Assembly (NCBI GenBank): GCA_964035545.1
Contig: OZ037766.1
Coordinates: 2,232,001 to 2,296,000, forward strand
Length of the DNA: 64,000 nucleotides
From: Bugula neritina
Taxonomy: Eukaryota; Animalia; Bryozoa
Reading direction: 5' to 3'
This document shows, piece after piece, positions 1 through 12,100 of this stretch. Below the pieces are notes generated by a model. It saw only the letters and a program-made list of their open reading frames with translations. It had not been told where the DNA came from and ran no database searches. Position numbers and translations under genes: made by a program. The number at the start of each line of letters is the position of its first letter. The first letter of the stretch is position 1.

Positions 1-190
1 TGTAGCTAAATTAGATAGTTTAAAAGAACATACATTTATATTATAATATAATCTATATTGTACTGTACTGTATTAATACATTCTATACTTCACTATGTTA
101 TATTGTATCATAACATTGTTGGCATAAAATGCACAACTATAGCTATTTTATTGGAGTTGTGTTCTTACCCGTCTTTTTATTTTGGTCCAG

Positions 191-255
191 TGGTCACCAG
201 TTCCAGAGAAGGTCCTGATTGGATCAGACTTGCTCCAAAATGTCATTCTAAATAA
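191..255 (+). CDS. Possible terminal exon of an upstream gene (..VVTSSREGPDWIRLAPKCHSK*)
   Basis: Pyrimidine-rich acceptor tttttattttggtccag ending 190; open frame to TAA 253-255; AATAAA at 251-256. No homology recognised. Confidence 0.25.
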
Positions 256-356
256 ATCAGAAAAAATTATTGACATATTTATTTACTGATAAAAAGTATA
301 ATAATATATGTGTACTTATCAGTTTAATTACGCACACTCACATGCGCACAAAAAAA

Positions 357-520
357 ACTCACACAAGTTTATATAAGTGGCTATCACTGTGGGAACCCTG
401 ATGGAAAGGGTTTTTGTTAAAGCGGGCTAAGGACTTATTTAAATGAGGTAGAAAAGCAATTATGACTGGATGCTCTTCCTAACATCACCAATAACCCCTA
501 GACCGGCCACAGCTGCTCCC
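357..520 (-). mobile_element. tRNA-derived SINE, copy 1 (internally deleted head)
   Basis: Clear match to copies at 27084, 50488 and 53827 (gggtttttgttaaagcggg...gactggatgctcttcctaacatcacc...acagctgctccc); the B-box segment is missing. Confidence 0.85.
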
Positions 521-3181
521 TATACATGCACGAGGACACACATGATTATTGATTGAGACTTATATTTTAGAGTTCTACTTACGATGATCTACGAGGATGT
601 ATGTTGCTAAAAGTACATTCGTCTATGCATGCACACGCTTTCTTCATATTGAACTTATCCTTTTCTATTGAGCTTGGAGTTATAATAATAAACTAAATTG
701 ATCTTGTAAATGAATGAATTAATGCATGTATATTTGCTGTATATATAACTACATGCCATATGCTACTGCAACTACCAACTCATAACATGGAATACATTTT
801 AAATGAATGATTGTTGAAAATAACCAAAATATTACCATTATTGCATTTTTGGAAGTTTTAACCTAAAATATTTCAGACGAATGGTATTTAGTGAAACTTA
901 AGTAGCTAATTTTGTAAGGCTGAACTACTTTTAACCTGTCACTGACAGTAGAAGTTGCACAAGATGCAGCCGTAATGGTTTGCAAATTATATATGTCTAT
1001 AATTTGCGTGCTAGGCTGAGAAAGTGTTGTGTAGCAGAGTTGGCTACTCATGTTTACATAAAAACAAAAAGTAGACAACTCTTACTAAGGAGTCCATGTA
1101 CTTCATGACACGAGCGGTAACCAATCATGACCAGTCAACCGTGAAATGTGGTAGCGGTAAGCTGATGCGGCATACAATATTTCAGTTTCAAAGGTGTAAA
1201 CAGGTGGGAATGCTAAAGCTGTGTGCTTTTAATGATTATGAATAAATTAACGTTTCTTTGTGAATTGTTTATCTCGCTAAGATAATACAATTTTGATTAC
1301 AGCTACTATTTCTTCTATTGATTGGAAATACGTTAACCGAAAAGGAATATTATTCTTAGACCAGCATATTCGGTGACAGTCTTCAAGTTCAACTTGACCA
1401 ACAGAATACTGGTACAGACCGTTGATACTGTTTTCTTTCCGGACCCGGTAAGTTTCCAGTCGTTTATCTTGAAAATGTAGACATGTAGGTTGACTCGTCT
1501 AGTGTATTACAATTTACTACAGTATCAAATCTACTTAGATAACTATTTTGATTAGCCAGGGTCTTCAACTTTAACTTTTACTTTCAGTCTGACTAGGACT
1601 ATAAGGAGTAGGTTTGGAGCTTTACAGTGATGGCTTTATTTTACAGACCGCCTTACGGCTTACAATTTCAGTTTTATGCTACTAATACTTTAAGTTTATC
1701 ACTATTATTAATAGTAATAGTGACACTCTAATACTATGACTATTACAGTATTAGTATTAGTATTACTATTGGTATCTGAAAAATTGTAACTTGAGCTTCA
1801 CATCTAGTTCTACCTCACTAAATAAAATTGCCTGCATGATGATGATTATTTTTAATTTTCTTCTAAAAAGGTGCTAGTTTACTTGTGTAAATATTAATTA
1901 TACCGGTGATGCAATTTTTATTCCTAATTAAATTCCCTGTATGAATTGACATTTTTATTCAAAACATATTATCTACTGTAAATTATAATTATGGTCTCCA
2001 CTGGGATCATAATTATAATATATTATAAAGTTGATGGTAATGACTACATCATTAGAAATTTCTAGTGATACAATAGCTCATTGAAAAAGTGGTAGTTGAT
2101 CTTAATTTTTAACTTTGCCAACTTATTATAGCCTAAGTTTATGCCATTGTATATCAGATGCCAAATTTAGGTTTTCATGCAATGGGTAAACTTTTGAGGT
2201 TTATATAATTTATCTATTTGTTTCTACATGTGTAATGATCATGTTATTATATACATTTTACTGTCTTTAAGTTTACGTAATATTAGTAACTGCAATCTGT
2301 AAAGTGACTGCAAGCTCATACAATGCTATTAAATTGTGGATTACTATATCAATTTCAGTACATCAATTTCATATCATATTGATGATACTTTGCTAAAGAC
2401 TTCTCTACTCAACTATCTCTACATGTAAACATTTTACCCTGCAGAAGAATATTAGTCTATACAGTGTGTTTTCCTTCTTAATGGATTCCACTCATCACTG
2501 TGATTGATTTTCTAAGCCTAAATCTATTACATAATTAGTGTATTGAAAGCTAGTAGGGAATAAGGAGGCAGCAGCAACAGCAATAGCTTCAGCTCTCTAC
2601 TCTTATGAACAAGTTAGGGGACGTGATCATACTATACCCTTATCAGTGTTGAAGCCTAAGTCATCCATTTGATGGCTGGTTATTGATTTTGTACTCGTTT
2701 AGTTCTTCGAAATCAATGATGCCTTAGAATTGAATAATTTTGTTACTCCTAATTGCCTCTGAGGGAACTGCATGCAAATACCAGTTCTATGCCATCTTTC
2801 TTGTCTTATATATGATGTAGTAATTCCTTTAGTGACTTATTTGGAGGCAAATTGTCTGAAAAACCTGGATTTATGCCTCAAGCACAATGATGTTGTAGTG
2901 ATTTAAACCGTAGAAGTTAGCTTTTTACTAAAGAGAATTTACCAATTGATTTTTTTAGTGAATTAGAAATATAAGATTCTATACCAGCTATTGGTATACT
3001 GTAGGGATAGAAATGCAAGTAGCTATGCTATATAAAAATTACATAAGAATACAAGATGGTTTGGTAAATTGAGAGCAAAAGTTTTCTAGTAATAAAGTGT
3101 TTCTGTGTGGATATCTTTACCATGTAGCATTTATCAACAGGTGCTGCTGATCAGAGAAACTGCTGCCATAGCTGACTCAAG

Positions 3182-6100
3182 ATGACTGATGTCATAGTGC
3201 AGTCAGAAGCTCATCTAGATGAGGTTAGTAGATAATATCTTCCATATCCTGTTCCTGCAGTACCATATGACCTAACTTGTCATGTGACTTGCCTTGTCAT
3301 GTGACTTACCTTGTCATGTGACTTACCTTGTCATGTGACTTACCTTGTCATGTGACTTACCTTGTCATGTGACTTGCCTTGTCATGTGACTGGCCGTGTC
3401 ACATTTGACTTGACTTTCCACTCATGTGAATGAACATTTCGAAACTAGCTTAGGTTTCTAATAGAAGGTTGGGTTCCAATTACCAGGGACAAGGGAATGA
3501 TAGTTTCTCACCCAACAGTTAAACTGTTGTATACTAGAATTCAGGCTTACCTATATTGTTTTAGGTAAAAATTATAATTTCATACCCAGTTCTCATCTAC
3601 ATACAATTTGTTGACCTATCACAATCCATCAGAACTTGTCATAGATAATTAAATTATCAAGTATAAATTTGTAAGAATTAATAATTGATGCAAAGCCACC
3701 AAGTTCCAAACCACTGACTCCAACTTGACAAAAGATTTCTCAAGGTGTGCAACCACCTGACTGGCATCTGATGGCTGGTGTCAAATGACACTAATATGAC
3801 ACTCTGATGTTGGGGTGTGATTACAAGACCACCCCTGAGACAATGCATTCTGTCACCTCACTCTACAACTATACAATAATCTGGAAAGCAACTCCTATTT
3901 CAAAGACAGGCCGAAGCAGGTAGTTGAAAAGAGAGTAGCGAAGGGGAAAATGACACTCAAAATAAATGCAAATGATTAAGTTTTCTTAATCTATTAGTTT
4001 TTTTATCGCTGTTTACACGCCTTCATTGATATTGGTTCTACTTCCCCATGCATGAAAATGTAGTGGAATAGTCCAGTAGTATCTACTCTATGAATAACAC
4101 CGAAGATTGAATTGTGTTGTGGTTATGGTTTTCCCTAGGTAGTTTGTGAAACAGAGCTGCTTGTGGGAATTAGCTAAATTTGAGAGCATCCTTCATTTCT
4201 GCCACAAACTCATTGTGAATATAGTAAATATGTTAGGCAAACCTTATTTTAAACTGGTACCATATATATACCCTGTGTTATTCTATAACCTTTGTTGTAC
4301 CACCCATGGGAAACACTGCCCCACAGTGTAAATAAATGGGAAGATACAGTAGTAGACTCTTAGGAACTAAAAATATGCACTAGAACTCTGTGGTTTCAGG
4401 TATGAAGTTAATTGCTTTGTGGTGTTGAGAGGGTAAAGACTAGACGTGCTGTTACAACTAGTAGTAGCTGGTAGAATTTATGATGACTTAGAGTCTTAGA
4501 CTTTAGAGAGACAGTTTACTAGGGACTAGACAAACAGTAGGCTCTGGTGTAGATACTGCAGTTTACACTTTTTTCATTTTATGAAAAATGTACTTTCTTT
4601 GTTCAATTTTTTGTGCATAGTTTCGGCTGAATTTTGCAACAATCGGTTTGTTCACTGATTCTACTTTTTGACTGAACTTCAATTGGATGTTTTGTAACAA
4701 AGAATTGAAAAACTTCCGTATGACTGAGTTTTTGCTATCCTAACACGCTGGAGGTAGTAGAGTAGGAATATACGGAGCAGGTATTGCTACTTTCAAAGCG
4801 TTCTGCACACAAATGTCTAGCTACTGTACAGTTACTGTCCTTCAACACTGCTTGCTACTATTCACTGTTAAATGTCAATTGTTACAAGCATGTCTTGTAC
4901 AGTACTACTCGAGTATCACCATTGTTAACCTGTTTACTTATCAGCTGTCGAGATTATATTGGCAGCATGCTGGGCTGCAAGTGAATGATTGAGTTGACAG
5001 CTCTATTGGCTTACATCAATTCAATTTTTCTCCTCTAATCTTTCAGTATCATTCCATGAAAACTTCTAGAAGGCATCTTCCAGTGACATGAAACATTATT
5101 TGTCAGTTGGACTCATAAAATTCACTGCTATTTCTTCTTACAGACCTGAAATATGTTTTCTAATGAATGTTGTACTTGGAGAGTGGTTATAGTTGAAGAG
5201 TTATTACAGCTGCAGTACTGCGTTTACTTAAGCGTATACACACTTATCTCTTCACAAACTAGATGTGCCTTTGTAACAATCAACCTATCCCGTAATAAAA
5301 CAATACAAAAGACATTATTTTTTTATTTACAGTGTAGTTGAGTGTTTATGGTGGGCGTCCACCTGCACTTGAGTTGTTTGTGTTTCTACTTCACTGATAT
5401 TATCTTGTGCAGATTTAGTGGAAGAAAGTCATGGAATTCTGAACAAATCAAGCTTTTTCTGACCCTAGAATAAAGTATTTTAATAGGTCATCTATACTTG
5501 ATGTATACATTCAAATATAAGCTACATTAGTGCAAATTAGAACAAACTTGGTTTAACATTAAATGGAGAAAGGGAATATAACAAACTTAATTTAGAGTTA
5601 AAATATGGAGAAAGGGGAAATATTTTTAGTAGTGGGTGTGTCCAGCTGTGACATCACTAAGTTGCCAGTCTAGTAGCTCAACAAATCTATGGCTTTACCC
5701 TACAGAAGCATGGAACTGTGTAACACAGGAGTTGTGTTGCCCCTCCTCAAGTGACAAGCAATGCATACATTACATTTATTCACCTCCTCAGTTTGCCTGT
5801 ATAATTCTCAACAACATTCCTACATGTGTACTTCTCATTACTAAGTTCTAGTATAGATAAGTATTTAAGTAGTATACACTACGTGTGTATATTTTGGTAT
5901 AAGTATTTTGGCATCTGCATTCTAGAATGAACACATTATCTCGTGTTGTTATGGCAGTAAACATTATGCAACATCTGTTATATGCTGTATTTGTTCTACC
6001 TATCTACTACAACTAGCAGTGTAGCTATCAATACTTATACTAGGTGACCTCTGATAACTGTTGATTGCTGCCGTGGCAGCAGGTCATTACTCGAGTGTAT

Positions 6101-9100
6101 ACAAATATTAATACTTCAGCCAACTGTAATTTCTCCCTTTACGTAATCTATTATGTAGTATTATATCTAGTGCGGCAAATGAAATTTGCTTTTTTTAACA
6201 AAAAGATATTTGAAAAGCTGTCAGAAAATATGTAAAGGCAACTGTGGCTGGGTTATCACGCTCCCCTTTAGTTGATTATTACACTGAGGCTACGATAATT
6301 TCTCTGTTTGTTTACTATACTCTTTATGGGCCATTACAGCTTGCATTGAAAGCTTTAAGAATGAATTATGAAATACCCTTTAGATGTATGACCACAAAGA
6401 ATGACTTTTATAGTTTCCACATGTCGTATTATTACAAGGCAATTAATAATTATATACCAGTACTTTGACTATTATATTTAGAAGCAAGCAAACCACTATT
6501 AATAAACATTATACTTCTATATGACTTTATTCTAAGGACTGTTTGTACTACAATGGACATTCTTCAACAAGAGTTAATAGCATGGCTGGAAGTTAAAAAT
6601 TAAATTACTAGCTGTATATGCACAGATTTTTAATATCACCATCATTTATTCTTTTATTAGATGCAATTATGTCAGTCATGATTAGCCTGAGTTTGTAAAT
6701 TGTAGTCTGAGGTAAATTTTCTTTACCTTATAACCCCAATCTACATACATCAAAACTAATGCTATATAAATTAATACAAATTGTGTCTCAAAGATTGGAA
6801 TGAACACTTTACCACTGTTTAGGGAGGGAAAACTCCCCAATTGCTATTAATATATATACACTTCAACAGTGTCCCAACTCTACAGGATGTTCCCCTTAGC
6901 TGTTAGACAGTTGACAGGAAATTGATAGTTGCAGAAGTGGCTTCGACACAGCACCGCATCAAAAGATTGAATCATATAACAAACAGAATGTATTAGCTAT
7001 TCTGTATCTTCAACAGTCTGCAGTTATTTGCTGCTGGTATTTGGTTTGTCTAAAGTTGTGTTGTTATACACCAATAGTTCATGTCCACATAAACATCTGT
7101 TAGTGTGCTATGTCAACACGTGTACACCACAAAGATTTTTAAGGGTAAGGTTAGGAAAATACTGGCCCTAAGACAAGCTACTCTCTCTGTTTAGTGTCTT
7201 CACACTCCCCCTGAGAGTTTCTGTTTGTTGTCTCCACCCCTGTGAGGGGTTCTGTGTATAGGGGGTTATAAGTTGGCTAAGCACAGTGTCACCCACCACT
7301 GGTAACCTGGTTTGAGACTTTTGTTTATAGCTATCGATAGAGCTAGTGATATCAAATACTCTTTTCCACACCGCCAATAGATTCCCAACACTAAACTTGT
7401 GTTCTAACCACTGAACCAAGACTCTCTCTATTGCATAACTTTTACACCAAATGCTGTAACTTGAATTTTAAACTGCTGATGGAGGTGAGCAGTTATATAT
7501 ATATAGAAACTTCACAGACACAGTGCACTGTGAAGTTTCTATATGTCTTTTCCAACCAGTGTCTCCTTTCGGTATTACTTTTCGAATTCTGTATCTGTCA
7601 AAGAGTTACAAGAATTTTATACACTACTGTATATAAACTCTGTGCAGCCACATGTGTGTCTAAATGCAAAGACACTGTAGGTCAGCATTGGCAGCTTCAT
7701 ATGTACTCAGCACAAAGCAAAATATTGACAGTATACCAATGCCTTTACTACCCCTCCTGACTACTACACTTGTGCCAGAAGTGGTCTTTAATTTTAAATT
7801 AAAGGCAGTTTGTTTCAAGTATCATTTAGAAACTTTAAATTTCTAAATCTTTCACTAAAAGTGGTTCCCAGTATGTTGATGACTTTGAAGTTCACATCTT
7901 GATTATTGGTTCATATAAAATTTTGTTTACCCAGACTATTAGATTTCATCTCTCCATCAATTTATTGATTTTAATTTTTATAGTGTTACATAAAGTATAA
8001 TGACTGATGATACATTGCAGCCTAGTCAGTTCTCAGAGCCTGTAGTCGGCAGCGAGACGCCCGCTGACTCTTCAACTAGGAGACTCAGTAAACTAGTTCC
8101 CCCTAAGAAGATTCACCATTCATCTCTACCAACACCCTCTAAGGCTAACGGGACCCACAACACCTCCTTCGAAGGTACGCTGTATTAGGAATACTAGATA
8201 CTTTCACTAACTGAAGGTCAAACTACCAGATTTTAGTGTTTTTCTGCCTCAAAGTTTTTTGAACTGACAAGCTGAAAACAAGAGGAAATAAAATGCAAAA
8301 TAAATTAACGGCATTGAAATTTAAGCCAGTAGTGAATTTTCCAATTTTCAATTCCAATTTCTCAGTGTGAAATAATATAGGCATACATATGTACAGTGGG
8401 CACAGTACACGATGATCAACTTAACTGTATGTACATATGTACTCTGTATATGTACACTGTGTATGTACTCTGTGTATGTACTCTGTTTACAGCCACTATC
8501 AGAGGTGGCCATGGGGCTAGATTTCTTGTAACCATCTTTTTTGTGAGTTTTCTGTATAAATCTCTTCTTTGATTTCTCAATACTTTAACAAATGATGTGA
8601 AACTTGATCACTGTTTATATCAACTATTACATATTCTACTCTCCAGTGTTATTCCGCCTAGAGATGCTATGGGAACACAATTTGGCATGATATGCTCAAG
8701 AATTATAAACATAATAGCAGTAATTAGTAAACATTTTTCCTGTGTTTTTGTACTTATACATTCCAGTATTAGCATAATAATAATATTAGCACTAATAGCT
8801 AGCAGCCTTTCATCCTTACATAATCATAATCTTTCCAACTCTCTCTACATAATGTAATAATTTCTTTCACAATCCAATCCTTACATTCTATCATTACTGT
8901 TGCAGTAGTAATAGCATGTTCAACCTGGTGCTAAATTCCTGGGAAATTAATAATTGAGTTTATGTCGCCCACCTCGCTATTTTATCTTATTGTTTTTTAT
9001 TGATTTTATTTAGACTTCTATTCTAAGCTTGAATAGCTGCGCTCAACTGCCATTGGTTGGGGGTTTTTATTAAGATTGTTTTTTACATGATAATATATTT

Positions 9101-12100
9101 GAAAATAGAAAATTCTTTAATTACTACGTTTTTGAGATGTTGGAGTTACCTTCTCACACAATATGTATGTTACTACAACCTAGGCTTTACAGTTTACAGG
9201 AATGACCTGAAAAAGTCTAAGAAATTACACTTCATTTTTGTTGTACAAAGTTTCTTGGAGTTTTTGTCCAGTTTTTTATATTATCAACTAAAACCCACAG
9301 AAATTGAAAAAAATCATTGAGTTCATCAAATTGCAGTTCTTAAGTTGAGTCTGCCATTTATTACTTTTCCAGCTAACTTGAGTGTAGAAAACTCAATCTA
9401 ATTGAATATTTTTGTGCATCCATGAAATTGGTAAGGTAGATTTTGACAGTTTGTAGAATAAGAATTTTACTGTTATATCGTCCTTTTAGCTCGGCAGATA
9501 CAATCAGCTTTACCCAGACACACAAAAGACACTGAGTCTGATCAAAATATATTGAGAGGCAAATCTCACACCAAACATTCCACTGACTCTGCTAATTCAT
9601 CTCATAAGGTAGGGAGTGAATCAGTGAGTGAGTGAGTGAGTGAGTGAGTGAGTGAGTGAGTGAGTGAGTGAGTGAGTGAGTGAGTGAGTGAGTGAGTGAG
9701 TGAGTGAGTGAGTGAGTGAGTGAGTGAGTGAGTGAGTGAGTGAGTGAGTGAGTGAGTGAGTGAGTGAGTGAGTGAGTGAGTGAGTGAGTTGGTGAGTGGG
9801 TGAGTGAGTGAGTGAGGGAGTGAGTGAGGGAGTGAGTGAGGGAGGGAGTGAGTGAGTGAATCAGTGAGTGAGTTAGTGAGTGAGTAGGTGATTAAATGAG
9901 TTTTAGTTAAAGGTTATGAGTGAATGAGTGAGTGGTTGAATGATTGTGTTTGATTAAGTAATTGGGTGAATCAGTGAGTTTGAGTGAGTAAATGATTAAC
10001 TGATTGTTTATAGGTGAGTGAGTGATGATAAGTTTTTAAGTGAGTGTAAGTGAGGAAGTGTGTAAGTTAGTGATAGGGTGGAGGTCTTTTGTAAAGCACA
10101 AACTTTCTTATAGCTCTATATTCATTCACTATAACACTGAGTTTAGGCAAATGTATTAATAGAAATGATGTCTTTAAATTACTTATAGGATTATGATAGC
10201 TAAGCTTTATTGTGCAATAGGTGTTAGATAGTGGAGTAGTAGAGAGAGGAAATCAGTATAATATAGTAAAACATTAGATGTTCAAGTAAAACTTTTTGCA
10301 GCTTTTTCTCTAAAAACTTGTATAAAAACAAGGTTATAATACAACATGACTAACTTGGAAAAACTATTCCAAATTGCAAGAATATCTTCTTTTGTGTTTA
10401 ATTTTAAATATTAAACTCAGTATATGCTAAGTCTGTTCCCTCTGAACAAATTTTAGCCCGAGTCTCACAGACTAAGCTGGTCAGCTCAGTCAAAGATAGG
10501 GAGTATGGAGAAGGCCCACCATACACCGGGTGGTGGAGATGTTAAGGTAAGAGGCTATCAAATTGAAGGTAAAAGAAAAGTTATGAACTTTGATATTTGG
10601 TTTATTATCTTTATAAACTTTTGAGCCTTTGATATTTTTTGTTGCTTTTGAAGATACTGTATGAAGATTTTGATCTTCTGATTGCTCTTAGTTATAAACT
10701 AGTCAAACTCATTTTTGAATTTATCCTTTCAAGCATAATTTGGAGTAATTTCAGCTGTTATTTTTGTAACCGAAATTTTCTTTATATGTTGTATACACTT
10801 CTGTTAGATTGAACACAACACTCTTAGCTGGAGTGCACAATCAAAAATAAACAGCCTGCAGCAAGCTAACAGGAGGCCCGCAGGTGGAAATGTAAAGGTA
10901 TGGTTGAAACTTGGCTACAGTAAATGTTTTTTAAGTCATACTACAGGTTTCTAGGCTCACAATTTTAAAAACAAACTTGTTTTATAGTCAGTTATAAAGT
11001 CATCAGTAAACTCTGCATTTCGTATTTGTTATCAGATTGAGAATCAGAGACTGAGTTGGAATGCAGAGTCTAAAATTAAGAGTTTGGAAAAGGCCAACCA
11101 CAAACCAGCTGGCGGAGATGTGCAGGTAAGTGGCGGGCTAGACAGTGACAGTCTGAGTGAGAGACAGAGATAGTCTGAGTGAAGACAGAGATAGTCTGAG
11201 TGAAGACAGAGATAGTCTGAGTGATAGGGAGTGAGGCAGGTCCCTATATTCTATCTCTTTACCTACTAACTTTCCCATTCAGCTTGTTTCAGCTGTTTAT
11301 TGGTTAAACTGATTGTACAGGTTGAATAGCTGAGAGGCTCTACGACAGACTAAACCAAAGAACAACAATTTTTTTCAAACACTAAAACTGCTAAAATTAT
11401 ACATAGAAAAGAAATTATGTATTTTATCATTATTATGTATCTATTGGAAAAGAACAGTTTTCAATTTGAAGTAGTCAAATGGAGTATGTTTCAGCTAATG
11501 GCTGTTTGTTTTTAGTAAAACCAGAAAATCAATGGTTGAATGCCCTATATTAGTACTAGTTGGCAATGGAACAAAACACCCTGAATGTCTGCCATTTTCC
11601 TCAAGCAGTTCACCGATAGCAGCCGAGAAGATAACTCTTAATTAAGGTTTCTATACAGAATAAGTTGTCTAGACACGTGTCACTAGTTTCTGCTGTTTGT
11701 AGATAGAAAACAAACGACTCAGCTGGAATGCTGAATCAAAGATAAAGAGTCTGGAAAAGGCCAATCACAAGCCGGCTGGAGGAGATGTCAAGGTTATATA
11801 ATTGTTTGCTCTCCGAATTGTTGACTTGAAGAGAAATATTCCCACAATGCAAAGCAAGCAGACAGAATATTAAAGCATTTTTTTAATTCATATTTTGATT
11901 GTTGAAAGAAATAATTGTTTGTGACTTATTGTTGTTCAACAGATAGAAAACAAGCGACTCAGTTGGAACGCAGAGTCTAAAATCAAAAGTCTAGAAAAGT
12001 CCAACTACAAGCCAGCTGGTGGAGATGTAAAAGTAAGACATCTAAGTTATACTCTCTGCTTACGTGTAATATGATTGTATTGGCTCAGTGTTTTACTGCT

